The translations under genes were made by a program, and so were the position numbers. The notes beneath the pieces were generated by a model, which saw only the letters and a program-made list of their open reading frames with translations, ran no database searches and was not told where the DNA came from. From Escherichia phage ECD7, in the sequence record NC_041936.1: a stretch of DNA of 64,000 bases, one strand, 5' to 3'. This document shows, one piece after another, positions 45,813 through 55,810 of the stretch; the stretch's first letter is position 1; the number at the start of each line of letters is the position of its first letter.

Positions 45813-46142
45813 TCAAATCAGTTTGAAATAGTTGTCTTGCACGTTTTCTTCTGTGATTGCCGTTTTAAATTCTTGACCGTTATCCGGTGTTATGACATAG
45901 CGGTCTGAATAATCACGCCATCTTTTCAGCATACTGACGCCAACATTAACACCATTTTCCCAGAAACGGAAGGTAATCATTTTTGTTTCATATCGGTAAT
46001 CACTTTGAATCAAGCTACCATCACCGCGACGTGATTCATAAACCGTAATACATTCACGGTTAGCGGCTTTAAGGCATTCTTCAATAGTGCCACACGAGAC
46101 AATTTCTGTTGAGTCATCTACGATTTGTTCTACAGTCCACAT
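45813..46142 (-). CDS. hypothetical protein (109 aa)
   Basis: ORF behind the promoter at 46174-46201. Confidence 0.45.
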   Translation of the reverse strand: MWTVEQIVDDSTEIVSCGTIEECLKAANRECITVYESRRGDGSLIQSDYRYETKMITFRFWENGVNVGVSMLKRWRDYSDRYVITPDNGQEFKTAITEENVQDNYFKLI

Positions 46143-46173
46143 AATATAATTCTCTCTTCGTTTCGATGTTTGT

Positions 46174-46201
46174 ATTATACATCATCTGTATTCGGTGTCA
46201 A
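46174..46201 (-). promoter_or_regulatory. sigma70-like promoter
   Basis: minus TTGACA - 16 nt - TATAAT. Confidence 0.5.
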
Positions 46202-46527
46202 CCTTTTTGTTCCATGAAAAGCGGTGCTGTTTCTTCTTTCAGTTTAATAACTAGCGCGGAAACTTCATCAAGAAAATCTTTTTCCATATGAGCAAGCATT
46301 GATTTAGAATCTTTGATGACTTTCAAAGAATATTCACTTAGATTTCCTTTTCCTAACAATAATGCAGGATACACACTATGTGGGATCTCGATTTCATGAT
46401 ATTCGCTCATAGTATAATATTTGTGAATTTTTAAATCTATATTTCTTCGTTGTACGTCTACATCAGCAATGACATACAGAAGTTCAATTTTATCACTTTT
46501 CTGGGAAAGGGTAGCATTCAAAAACAT
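46198..46527 (-). CDS. hypothetical protein (109 aa)
   Basis: ORF behind the promoter at 46557-46584. Confidence 0.45.
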   Translation of the reverse strand: MFLNATLSQKSDKIELLYVIADVDVQRRNIDLKIHKYYTMSEYHEIEIPHSVYPALLLGKGNLSEYSLKVIKDSKSMLAHMEKDFLDEVSALVIKLKEETAPLFMEQKG

Positions 46528-46556
46528 TGTTAATCCTCCGTTGTTTCGATGCTTGT

Positions 46557-46584
46557 ATTATACAACCTCATCTCAGCATGTCAA
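46557..46584 (-). promoter_or_regulatory. sigma70-like promoter
   Basis: minus TTGACA - 16 nt - TATAAT. Confidence 0.5.
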
Positions 46585-46610
46585 CACCTTTTTCATAAAA
46601 TTTTAGGCAA

Positions 46611-46636
46611 TAAAAAAGCCTCCCCGAAGGGAGGCT
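46611..46636 (-). terminator. rho-independent terminator downstream of gene 32
   Basis: AGCCTCCC-TTCG-GGGAGGCT hairpin followed by a U-run on minus. Confidence 0.7.
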
Positions 46637-46646
46637 GTAAAATTCA

Positions 46647-47593
46647 TTACATCGCTAACAGAGAGTCCAGGTCATCCAGATCAGAAGCGGAGGAAGTACC
46701 GCCACCCAGGTCCAGAGATGCCATCAGATCATCAGCGGAAGAATCTGACGCTGTGCTAGTTGCGGTAGTACCAGCGTCGAATGCATTCATCTGTGCATCG
46801 AAATCATCAAGCTGGCTGTTAATCGCTGCCGCAGCACCAGAAGCCGCAGTACCAGCTACCAGCTTACGCCTTTAACTTTCTTAAATTTAGCATCCAGTTC
46901 CTCGAAAGATTTAAACTGGTCTTTTGCTACGATAACATCAATATCTACCATGTTTTCGAACAGATATTTCTGGAATGCTTCATCTTCGATGTTCGGAATC
47001 GCTGATTGCTGCATGAAACGTGAATCATCGTAGTTCAGGAATTTATCTACTTTCTTAGCTTTCAGAAGGAAGTTAGCGCCTTCGAACGGACATACGATGT
47101 TTACAGGTTTTTCGCCCAATTCCGTGTTTACGTTGCTCATTGCCAGAATCTTGTCATAAATTTTCTTACCGAAGCGGAATTTAAATACTTTACCTTCGTT
47201 TTCCGGCGCTTTCGGATCTTTCATGACCAGAATGTTTGCGAAGTAAGAAGATTTACGCTTAACATCTTGATATTCTTTATTGTTGGTGTTGTACAGGTCA
47301 TTTTCGCTAATGTATTTGCACACAGGGCAAGAATCAAAATCACCGTGGGTGCTAGGGCAGTTTTCCCAATAATACTTACCATTTACTTTGAAAGAATGGT
47401 TTACAAGGTTGATGATCGGTAAACCGTCTTCGGTGCGTGCCGGAAGAAAACGAATCACCGCTTCACCGTTACCCGCCGCGTCAGTTTTAATCTTCCACTC
47501 TTTCGGATCTTCTTTGGAGAAGCCGTTGCTACCTTTCAGTGCTGCCAGTTGAGCTTGCAGTTTGGAAGAATCTTGACGACGAAAAATGTTCAT
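46647..47593 (-). CDS. 32: ssDNA-binding protein gp32; reading frame interrupted near 46856-46871 (apparent frameshift)
   Basis: N-terminal/core part (47593-46856) matches recalled T4 gp32 ([53 protein letters not shown]); the acidic C-terminal tail is encoded in the -1 frame down to 46647; start placed at the second Met with AAAGAGG RBS. Confidence 0.8.
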
Positions 47594-47635
47594 AATTATA
47601 CCTCTTTTATACATTAACTATTAATTTGCTAGATT

Positions 47636-47663
47636 ATTATACAGATTTAAATTTACTTGTCAA
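47636..47663 (-). promoter_or_regulatory. sigma70-like promoter upstream of gene 32
   Basis: minus TTGACA - 16 nt - TATAAT, overlapping the 3' end of gene 59. Confidence 0.5.
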
Positions 47664-48340
47664 CTATTTGTTTCGGCTTTTAATTGAGATATTTCTTTAC
47701 ACTCTTTAACTACTTTAACAAATAATGCTCTTGCTTTTGCGGCGTCAATAACAAGTAGTTTCTTGTACGCCTTCATTTTAACACTATAAGTTTGCCAAAT
47801 CAAGTCTTTGGCTACCTTGTCGTGTTCGTCGATTATATTTAGAAAGCTATCTAACAACATAAACGACTCAAACGATATAATCCGATTTTGCAGTAGTTTA
47901 AAAATACCGCTTGTTTCGGTTGCGGGATTATATGTAATTAGCTCTTTAAGAGTAACCCCGCGTTTCTCTGAGAAGTATACCAGACTTTTAATGTCATCGT
48001 CAAATCGTGTTGCAGCATCAGTGATCTTACCGATATACTCCATGTAAAATCCGTATGCGTCAACATCAGTGATTTCACCTACCCATGCATCGGTATTAGC
48101 TACCAGATTGCTTAGGAATAGGAAGTATAATTCTCTTAGATTGTACTTTTCCGCTAATTTTGCGAAATAATACTTATCTCTGCGTTTATTGAATGCGGCA
48201 TCAGACAACCGCATCCTCCAATTGTATTTTACGCAATCATAACGCCCGTTCATGTGAGCTTTCATCATGCAATATAACATATACACAGATTTAGCATTAA
48301 TTCGCATATCTGGATCTGGAGGAAGACGGTTTCTGATCAT
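47660..48340 (-). CDS. 59: helicase loader gp59
   Basis: 226 aa; KSVYMLYCMMKAHMNGRYDCVKYNWRMRLSDAAFNKRRDKYYF colinear with recalled T4 gp59. Confidence 0.85.
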   Translation of the reverse strand: MIRNRLPPDPDMRINAKSVYMLYCMMKAHMNGRYDCVKYNWRMRLSDAAFNKRRDKYYFAKLAEKYNLRELYFLFLSNLVANTDAWVGEITDVDAYGFYMEYIGKITDAATRFDDDIKSLVYFSEKRGVTLKELITYNPATETSGIFKLLQNRIISFESFMLLDSFLNIIDEHDKVAKDLIWQTYSVKMKAYKKLLVIDAAKARALFVKVVKECKEISQLKAETNS

Positions 48341-48349
48341 ACATACCCC

Positions 48350-48619
48350 TTAAATATCGAGAGTGTTGGTCGGTTCGTCGATCACTCCCTTCCTGAGCGT
48401 TCTATTTACTATACATTCTTGTGTGATCTTGTCAATAATGGACACAGGAATATACTTCTGATAGTGACCATATTCGATAGAGTTTTCCTCTACAAACTGC
48501 GTTGTCGCTTCAAGATAAGTCAATCCCTCTTCAACAACCAGTTTTTCGATTGCAAGACCGTTTGCTGTTTTGTTCGCGGCTTTTACCGCATGTTCATTAA
48601 GCATTGAACACCCGATCAT
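48350..48619 (-). CDS. 33: late transcription accessory protein gp33
   Basis: LTYLEATTQFVEENSI resembles recalled T4 gp33; position between 59 and dsbA. Confidence 0.7.
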   Translation of the reverse strand: MIGCSMLNEHAVKAANKTANGLAIEKLVVEEGLTYLEATTQFVEENSIEYGHYQKYIPVSIIDKITQECIVNRTLRKGVIDEPTNTLDI

Positions 48620-48872
48620 AGAGTTCTACCGCTTCGTCGCGTTCTGCTTCGAAGGTTTCGCGCTGTTGCTGGTGATACAGTTTAAACAGAATGCCCCACA
48701 TTTTACCATCTACGCCTAATTCTTCTTTAGCACGCTGCTTGATCTCTTTGATCTTATCGCCATATGCTTCTTGAATGGTTTTCTGATCGCTGGCTTCTTT
48801 AATCAGTTGTGCCAGGGTATTTCCGTGCACTGCTTCGTCGAATACTACTTTTTCTTTTTTCTGTTCAGTCAT
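48597..48872 (-). CDS. dsbA: dsDNA-binding protein DsbA
   Basis: VFDEAVHG..LAQLIKEASD ... ELGVDGKM ... ETFEAE..E.VELYD parallels recalled T4 DsbA. Confidence 0.75.
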   Translation of the reverse strand: MTEQKKEKVVFDEAVHGNTLAQLIKEASDQKTIQEAYGDKIKEIKQRAKEELGVDGKMWGILFKLYHQQQRETFEAERDEAVELYDRVFNA

Positions 48873-48876
48873 AATA

Positions 48877-49482
48877 TTAACCCTCTTTCGTCATTAATTG
48901 AAAACCACGTTCAGCTTTTGAGATTTCGCTAGGACGTAAATCGTCACCCACATATTCTAGCATCATTTCTCGGATAATGTCAAGTGCTTTTTCATCACCT
49001 GATTTTAACTCGAACTCAAGTTCATAATGAGCAGTGTCGCCCATTCCTTCGCCTACTTTGCCATAATAGAAAGTGTCTTTGCACATTTCCACTATACCGC
49101 AACCCAGATCTAGAGTCAATGACTTGCGATATGTCATTACTTGCATTATTGTAGTGATATAGTCTGAGTTTACCCCTAGACTATCAATAAAATGGACGAA
49201 CTCATCCCAATTTGAAAATGTCATTTCCTCGCGGTTGAATAGTCCAGATTCATTATCACCCATTTTGACCATGATCTCTGATTTTCTACAGTCAAGTCGT
49301 GCATAAATTCCTTTTTGACGTAGCGCATGGTCTTCGGTATCATAATAAAATTCGTGTTTTAATATGTTATCTCGGTCTACGATATTATAACCGTCATACA
49401 TTGCTACCCACAAATCACAGATGGTTTCGACGCCAATTTGTGAGTGTGCATAGTATTTTAATTCAAGTTCTTTCATAGTCAA
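48877..49482 (-). CDS. CYTH-like (triphosphate tunnel metalloenzyme / class IV adenylate cyclase-like) protein
   Basis: N-terminal ExExK (KELELKY) and C-terminal acidic strand YELEFELK typical of the CYTH fold; 201 aa; no gene recalled at this position in T4. Confidence 0.45.
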   Translation of the reverse strand: MTMKELELKYYAHSQIGVETICDLWVAMYDGYNIVDRDNILKHEFYYDTEDHALRQKGIYARLDCRKSEIMVKMGDNESGLFNREEMTFSNWDEFVHFIDSLGVNSDYITTIMQVMTYRKSLTLDLGCGIVEMCKDTFYYGKVGEGMGDTAHYELEFELKSGDEKALDIIREMMLEYVGDDLRPSEISKAERGFQLMTKEG

Positions 49483-49485
49483 CCC

Positions 49486-50433
49486 TTAGAACTCACCAAT
49501 TTTCTGCAACATTTTAACTAACGCATTTGTTACAAAATAATTATAAATTTTACCGCGTGGTGCTGGTTTAGATTTCTCCCATGCCAACAAAATTTCATAT
49601 TCGATGTTATCAGGAATAAATTCAAAATCAATAAGTTCGCGGTTTTCGTCAAAGCGTCGTGCTTCTTCCTCTGTCATCAAAGACTTTGGATCTTCGGCAT
49701 CGAAAATTTGCTCTAACCATTTGGTTGCAATTGGTTTAGCTCGTTCCCCTTCCAGTCGTGAGATAATGAAATCACTACGGCACTTGATAGAAGCTACACC
49801 GTCTTTTGCGTCACCCTTAACACATTTTACCATAAGGTCTTTGTAAGGGCTACCATATTTGCATTTCTTCCATGCTTTCTGTACTGGCGCCCACTGTTTC
49901 ACATTTTTGTATTTGTGCAACTGTGTGTAGTCACCATCGCCGGAGTTGATTAGCACCTGGCGACCTTCTACAGAAAACTTTTTAGTTAACACAGCTATTA
50001 TATCATCCGCTTCAACTTTGTCAACCTTAATAACGTGATAAGGCATATTCTCTTTAAACTCTTCGGTGATCTTATTGATCGCAGCAAAGATCATCTCCCA
50101 ATCACGCGGATCTGCGTCTCGTTTTTCCTTACGGTTGCGTTTATAGTAAGGGGCGATATCACGTCGCCAGTAACCTTTGCTTGAATCAAAAGCAAGTACC
50201 GTAATAGGGTATTGCTCTTTGAATTTTGTCATATTATAACGCATGGTGTCAAGAATAAGATGACGGATCATGCCTTCATTAATAGGATCTTCCGGTTTAA
50301 AGGTATGCGAGATAGTAGCAATCATAAGCTGCGACATATCAATCAAATGCACACCCTCCGGCAGTTTATCTTCTGGATCATCGAAGAAATCATTAAGTGT
50401 AGCGGTAGTTTTTGTAAACGGGTTATACGTCAT
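49486..50433 (-). CDS. rnh: RNase H / FEN-type 5'-3' exonuclease
   Basis: GYWRRD, YYKRNR, EADDIIAVL, GDGDYTQLHKYKNVKQW colinear with recalled T4 RNase H. Confidence 0.9.
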   Translation of the reverse strand: MTYNPFTKTTATLNDFFDDPEDKLPEGVHLIDMSQLMIATISHTFKPEDPINEGMIRHLILDTMRYNMTKFKEQYPITVLAFDSSKGYWRRDIAPYYKRNRKEKRDADPRDWEMIFAAINKITEEFKENMPYHVIKVDKVEADDIIAVLTKKFSVEGRQVLINSGDGDYTQLHKYKNVKQWAPVQKAWKKCKYGSPYKDLMVKCVKGDAKDGVASIKCRSDFIISRLEGERAKPIATKWLEQIFDAEDPKSLMTEEEARRFDENRELIDFEFIPDNIEYEILLAWEKSKPAPRGKIYNYFVTNALVKMLQKIGEF

Positions 50434-50435
50434 AA

Positions 50436-50621
50436 TTAAGTTCTCTCCACTCTCACAACAACATATTCGCCAAACGAGTTAGATACTTCACGATCATACC
50501 CATATTTCTCCATAACTCGCAGAATTGCATTGTTTAATTCGGCGCGGAAATAATTGTAATCCTTATCAGGGATTCTGTCAACTACCCATTTTGCACCTTC
50601 TGACAAATCAACTTTAACCAT
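50436..50621 (-). CDS. small hypothetical protein (61 aa)
   Basis: ORF immediately upstream of rnh. Confidence 0.4.
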   Translation of the reverse strand: MVKVDLSEGAKWVVDRIPDKDYNYFRAELNNAILRVMEKYGYDREVSNSFGEYVVVRVERT

Positions 50622-50659
50622 AATATATCATCCTCTTTTGTTTCTATCAAGCCTCATTT

Positions 50660-50667
50660 TATAAATA
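50660..50667 (+). promoter_or_regulatory. T4-type late promoter TATAAATA upstream of gene 34
   Basis: exact TATAAATA 29 nt upstream of the ATG. Confidence 0.55.
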
Positions 50668-50695
50668 TGAACATACTATAAAAGGAGACCCAATA

Positions 50696-53600
50696 ATGGC
50701 AGATTTTTCTCAACATTTCAAGGCCACATTTGGCTTTGACGCTGGTAATGAAAAGGTCGTCAATGTAGCATTGGCTGATAAGAATGTCAACACCGATGCG
50801 GTCAACGTTGAATTTTTCAATTACCATAATGGTATTACTCAGTATGACACAACTCGCGGTTATGATCAATACGGAACTACAATCTATCAAAACCGTCCGT
50901 ATTATGCAAAAGAAGATATCACAAAGCCAGCAGGTGATTTTGACCCGACTAAATGGCAAGCACTGCGCACGGACCCACGTTGGGATTATATTGCAGCAAC
51001 TTCCGGTGATACTCCTTTACAGTCTGGTGATTATATCGCAGCAGATGGTCAATTTGCAAACTTGACTTTCTCTATGCCAACTAAACCAGCAGAGGGAGAC
51101 ACTATAACAGTAAAAGATATCGGTGGCAAGTGTGGTGTTAACGAATTATCGTTCTTGAGTTCAGGACATGAGTTTTACCATAACGGTAATGTGTATAACC
51201 GAAAATGGTATTGCACTACCCCGTATGCAATGAACTATTTCATCTTTGTTCGTAATCGTTGGCATGTTTATCAGACAGGAACAGAGCCACGCGGGGTGTA
51301 CGCACAGCCAGCGATTGATGCTATTCAAATGCAGAATGGTGATCAGGTCTTTCGTCGTAGTTCGTTGGGTAATATTACCTTAGTGCTTCCTAAGTTTGCC
51401 AACAATGGCGACATGATCCAGACTACAGACCTTGACGGATTAACCGCAACCAACCACGTTACGGTTAAAGTTCATGAGCACGCAGAAGAACAATCAATTG
51501 GCACGTCCGGTCTAAAAGAGATTATCGGTAAGCGTAGCGGTCATGGTGTATTCATCTTTGACAAGACGGAAAACTTATGGCGTTTGTGGGATGGTGATCA
51601 GTCTGTTCGTCTTAAACCGATCATCGATGACACTCGCTTGCAACCTAATAGCTATGTTGCCGTATTTGGTGATCGTGATGTTACTCTGACGCTGCCGACC
51701 AATGTCGAGCCGGGTGATCGTATTCAAGTTTCTATGCAGTATATGCACGGAAACCAGACTTGCCGAATCATTACCTCAGAAGAGGATACAAAAATCCTTA
51801 TGCAGAAAAACATGGTTCAGTTTCCTAAGCGTAGCGAGTACCCATTCAATGGGACCGATACATGGACGGGAGTTTCTGAATTGTCTTTCAACGCTGCAAA
51901 TGATTATGTACCTTATCTGGAGTTCTCTTATTCAGAAGGTGATGATGGTAAGAAATACTGGTTGGTGGCACATGCTCACCCGATTGTAGAACGAGTAGAT
52001 CCGACTCGTAAAGACCGTGTTGGTGTAATTGCACTGGCTACCCAGACTGAAACGAATAAAAACCATGAAGAGAATCCTAGCGACGAAGTTGCAGTAACAC
52101 CAAAAATGCTGGCTAATAAAACCGCCAACGAAACTCGACGCGGTATTGCTCGAATTGCAACTCAAGCGGAAACGCATCAAGATACTGGTTCCAACTTCCT
52201 GGATGATGTTATCGTTACGCCTAAAAAGTTAAATGACTGTGTTGCTACCGAAGCCCGTCGTGGTGTGATGGAAATTGCAACCCAGCACGAAACCAATGAA
52301 GGTTTAGACGATACCCGCGCTATTACTCCTAAGAAATTAGAAGAACGTCGCGCTTCCGAAGATCTCGCTGGTATTGCTGAAATTGTTCAGGTTGGCGGTA
52401 GTGCTGCCGCTCGACGTGGCGAAGCTGGTACAGGGATCTATAACATCAACGACCATGCTAAAATTGTTACGCCAAAAAACATCAACGAGGTCAAGGCGAC
52501 CGAAACTTCCCGTGGTGTTGGCTATCTGGCAACTGACGCGGAAGTGCAAGGGGCTACAGAATCAACCCCGCAAGATGCTTTACTAATCACGACTCGCACG
52601 CTAACGAAACGTACTGCTACCGAATCGCGCACTGGTATCGCTGAAATTGCAACACAGGAAGAAACAAACTTAGGTCAAAGTGATAACCATATCATCACGC
52701 CTAAAAAGCTGCATACTCGCCGCGCAACGGAAACTTTACACGGTTTAGCAGAAATTGCAACTCAGCCGGAATTTGACGCAGGTCTTGACGATGCTCGCAT
52801 TTCTACCCCATTGAAGATTAAAACCTTCTTTGAGAATGCACAGCGTTTGAAAGTAGATCCGACTCAGGGGCTTAACCTTACTGGTGATTTGTGGCAAGGT
52901 ATCATGATCCGCGGTCTGGACGCAACCGAAGACACAAAAGGTGTCGCTAAAGTTGCTACTACTCAGCTTACGGATGCTGGTCAAGATGATACTACAATCA
53001 TCACGCCTAAAAAGCTGCAAGGCAAAAAGGCCACAGAAGGTAAAGAAGGTATTATCCGAGTTGGTACTCAAGCCGAAACCGTGGCTGGTACACTGGCTAA
53101 TGTAGCAATTTCTCCGAAGAACTTCAAATATGTTGTTCAGACAGAGGATACATGGAAAGCAACCGAAGCGCGTCGTGGTTTCTTGAAAGTTGCCACTCAG
53201 GAAAACTGTTTTGTTGGTGATAATCTGCAAGGTTCTACTCAAGAACTAGGAAACTACCAGCATGACGGAATTGCTGTTACCCCGAAAGGATTAAACTACG
53301 CACTTGCTAATTTCTTACCTAAGATGGCAACCGCTCAGAATAGTTTGAAATTAGGTAACGTAGAGGCCGCTAAATGGGCGCGTAGAGACATTGACCAGAC
53401 CATAGAGAGCAATTACACGTTTAATAAAAACGTTAACGTGAAGGGCGATTTAGAGTGCTTAAAATCAGGTTCCTTTGAAACTCTGTATGTGACTAAGAAC
53501 TCTACTGATGATCCGAGTAATGGTCATCTGGTGTTGGGTGAGCGTGGAGTTGACGGTCACACCGGAATTACTCTGCATGGCACAACCGCATCGGAAGGCA

Positions 53601-54436
53601 TGAAAAACTCCTGGTCTATTATCGTTGGTGGTACTGGAACGGCGCAAGCAGTTAATAGTGGCGCTATCGCTTTCGGTCAAATCAATGATGGTGGAGTCGT
53701 CGAGCATTACGCCTTTGCTATGGAACACACTGGCGACGCGACAGCATATAGAAACTTAATGGCAGGTCGTAACCTGTATGCAAAACAAGGCGGTTTATAC
53801 ATTGTTGACCTGTCTAATCCGGCAATGACTCGTTCCTCAGATGGTATGCTGAATATCGGTCACGGTGGAAGTGTTAACATCAAGGCAGGTCATCAAACGT
53901 TAACTACAGAGATCGCCGGACAGAAATATCAGATCGTACACGCAGGAAACGCCGACGAAGTTCTTAACCGTCGGTTTGTTAAGAATGCTGGCGATACAAT
54001 GGTCGGTAAGCTGACTATGGATAATGCGCCTATTGTTTCTGTTAAGCATGAAGCTAGCGCGGCAACCGCTCCGGCAATCGGTAACATCGGTTTCTGGAAT
54101 ATGCGAGTTACTACCCAGAACATCAAAGAAACTTATCCAGAGAAGAAAAACGGTACTCTGATGCAATGGGGTACTGACGCGGACGGGCTTACCCAGCTTT
54201 GGTCCCCTGATGGTACTCATAAACATTATATCCGTTCCGGTACTGGTGGTCAATGGACCGCATGGGGTGAAATTTACACCAAACAGAATAAGCCTACCGC
54301 TCAGGAAATCGGGGCAGTTGTTGCAGAAGGTGGTTTAATGAACTCTATGACGGTTCGTGATTGGATCAAAGTTGGTAATGTTAAAATCATCGCCAATAAT
54401 CTGACTCGTACCGTAGACTTTATCTGGGAAGACTAA
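50696..54436 (+). CDS. 34: long tail fibre proximal subunit gp34
   Basis: 1246 aa; GDTITVKDIGGKCGVNEL, FPKRSEYP, RRGIARIATQAET, ISTPLKIKT and C-terminus NVKIIANNLTRTVDFIWED colinear with recalled T4 gp34. Confidence 0.9.
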   Translation: MADFSQHFKATFGFDAGNEKVVNVALADKNVNTDAVNVEFFNYHNGITQYDTTRGYDQYGTTIYQNRPYYAKEDITKPAGDFDPTKWQALRTDPRWDYIAATSGDTPLQSGDYIAADGQFANLTFSMPTKPAEGDTITVKDIGGKCGVNELSFLSSGHEFYHNGNVYNRKWYCTTPYAMNYFIFVRNRWHVYQTGTEPRGVYAQPAIDAIQMQNGDQVFRRSSLGNITLVLPKFANNGDMIQTTDLDGLTATNHVTVKVHEHAEEQSIGTSGLKEIIGKRSGHGVFIFDKTENLWRLWDGDQSVRLKPIIDDTRLQPNSYVAVFGDRDVTLTLPTNVEPGDRIQVSMQYMHGNQTCRIITSEEDTKILMQKNMVQFPKRSEYPFNGTDTWTGVSELSFNAANDYVPYLEFSYSEGDDGKKYWLVAHAHPIVERVDPTRKDRVGVIALATQTETNKNHEENPSDEVAVTPKMLANKTANETRRGIARIATQAETHQDTGSNFLDDVIVTPKKLNDCVATEARRGVMEIATQHETNEGLDDTRAITPKKLEERRASEDLAGIAEIVQVGGSAAARRGEAGTGIYNINDHAKIVTPKNINEVKATETSRGVGYLATDAEVQGATESTPQDALLITTRTLTKRTATESRTGIAEIATQEETNLGQSDNHIITPKKLHTRRATETLHGLAEIATQPEFDAGLDDARISTPLKIKTFFENAQRLKVDPTQGLNLTGDLWQGIMIRGLDATEDTKGVAKVATTQLTDAGQDDTTIITPKKLQGKKATEGKEGIIRVGTQAETVAGTLANVAISPKNFKYVVQTEDTWKATEARRGFLKVATQENCFVGDNLQGSTQELGNYQHDGIAVTPKGLNYALANFLPKMATAQNSLKLGNVEAAKWARRDIDQTIESNYTFNKNVNVKGDLECLKSGSFETLYVTKNSTDDPSNGHLVLGERGVDGHTGITLHGTTASEGMKNSWSIIVGGTGTAQAVNSGAIAFGQINDGGVVEHYAFAMEHTGDATAYRNLMAGRNLYAKQGGLYIVDLSNPAMTRSSDGMLNIGHGGSVNIKAGHQTLTTEIAGQKYQIVHAGNADEVLNRRFVKNAGDTMVGKLTMDNAPIVSVKHEASAATAPAIGNIGFWNMRVTTQNIKETYPEKKNGTLMQWGTDADGLTQLWSPDGTHKHYIRSGTGGQWTAWGEIYTKQNKPTAQEIGAVVAEGGLMNSMTVRDWIKVGNVKIIANNLTRTVDFIWED

Positions 54437-54468
54437 TTAAAGGGGGCGAAAGCCCCTATGGGGTTATT

Positions 54469-55608
54469 ATGACACAAGATATAGAATTACGCAATACTGG
54501 AATTAGGTTTGCGCATTTCGACGAAGACTCTGCGACATTTACCAGCATTTCAGAAAATAACTCTGTGATGTATAAGCTGGAAGTGCGCGGATCTAATGCG
54601 GATTCTACCAAACCAGCAAGGATTAGATTTAATGGAGTGGAGATCGTTGGCACTGGCTATGAAAATGGCCTAAATTTTAAAGTTCTTACTCCAACTGGAC
54701 AACTACACGAAGAAAAGGTATTCTATGGTCGCGGTGCTGTTTTGGCAATGCGTGATTATCTTTCTTTGCTGAAAGGTGACTATATCATTGCGATGGCAAC
54801 GCATGGAGAATTGTTTGCAGATCCGATAAGTGATGATGTATTTTCTAAGCTGGGATCTGTATCATTCCCGAATCACATTTTGTTACAGCAAATGCCTCGT
54901 GTATCATATGCAGCAATTTATTCTACTAAAATGGGTAAAATTGTGTGCGAAGGTATGCAAGCGACCCACGGGGAAGGACAAGATTCATCTATACAAATTG
55001 AGAAAGTCTATGATACTATAGATGATCTTGCTATAACAGGAACACCACAACGATTTTTAGATTATCCGGTTGAGTATGTTAGCGAAGATGCCGAACATTT
55101 CGAGCTAATACAATGGCCTCACGATGAGATCAGCGCCCCACTTGAGGATTTTAACATAAAGGCAGGTGACAAACTATCAATATCCTTTGAATTGTTCCGT
55201 GATAGTGCCGCAGCCGCAGCCAACGTAACAGCGCGTTTCTATCACAACTACTTCACCGATGGACAATATCAAACTGGTGTTCGATACAATGCCAGCAAAA
55301 AAGACCAATGGGAAAAGTTTGAAGCCGTCTATACCGTACCGGAAGGAGTTGATAGTGTAGTAACTGGTTGTATCAGATATCCAACCAACTCAAGTGAAGG
55401 TATTGTTAAAATTAGAAACATACTAATAACGCCGATCAGTGGAGTCGTCAAAACTACTGGTCCTACTTCATTTGGTGTTAATGGTGTTAGAACAACTCAT
55501 ATTCAGGATAACGGTGATTTTACTAACCCTGTAATGAGTCTTCTTAAACTGCCTAGAGATAATAAACACATCACATCCAACAACTTTAAAGAGTTCGATG
55601 TTGATTAA
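54469..55608 (+). CDS. 35: long tail fibre hinge connector gp35
   Basis: 379 aa directly after gp34 (T4 gp35 is 372 aa). Confidence 0.7.
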   Translation: MTQDIELRNTGIRFAHFDEDSATFTSISENNSVMYKLEVRGSNADSTKPARIRFNGVEIVGTGYENGLNFKVLTPTGQLHEEKVFYGRGAVLAMRDYLSLLKGDYIIAMATHGELFADPISDDVFSKLGSVSFPNHILLQQMPRVSYAAIYSTKMGKIVCEGMQATHGEGQDSSIQIEKVYDTIDDLAITGTPQRFLDYPVEYVSEDAEHFELIQWPHDEISAPLEDFNIKAGDKLSISFELFRDSAAAAANVTARFYHNYFTDGQYQTGVRYNASKKDQWEKFEAVYTVPEGVDSVVTGCIRYPTNSSEGIVKIRNILITPISGVVKTTGPTSFGVNGVRTTHIQDNGDFTNPVMSLLKLPRDNKHITSNNFKEFDVD

Positions 55609-55619
55609 CATTTTTAACA

Positions 55620-55650
55620 AGCCGATCCTCGTGGTCGGCTTTATTTTTAT
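55620..55650 (+). terminator. rho-independent terminator after gene 35
   Basis: GCCGATC..GGTCGGC hairpin followed by a T-run. Confidence 0.6.
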
Positions 55651-55769
55651 ACAGTTGGTTAAATTATAACCAAAACGAAGAAAGATCTTTAGAATATAGA
55701 AAAGTTTGTTTCGGTTAAAAATTAGTCAGTGCCTACGGCACGTCGCGAAGCGATATTTTGTTAACATTC

Positions 55770-55777
55770 TATAAATA
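55770..55777 (+). promoter_or_regulatory. T4-type late promoter TATAAATA upstream of gene 36
   Basis: exact TATAAATA 34 nt upstream of the ATG. Confidence 0.55.
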
Positions 55778-55810
55778 CTCGGAACTATAACTAATTTTTG
55801 AGGTTACTTT

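Noticed and set aside
46549-46875. 108 aa plus-strand ORF
   Set aside because: Antisense to the acidic C-terminal region of gene 32 and overlapping its terminator; no RBS context.
50654-50959. 101 aa minus-strand ORF overlapping the gene 34 start
   Set aside because: Antisense overlap with the gp34 5' end and late promoter; hydrophobic nonsense-like translation.
52745-53242. 165 aa minus-strand ORF inside gene 34 (and others at 51932-52180, 52337-52549, 53465-54253)
   Set aside because: All antisense to the long tail fibre gene, which is supported along its full length.
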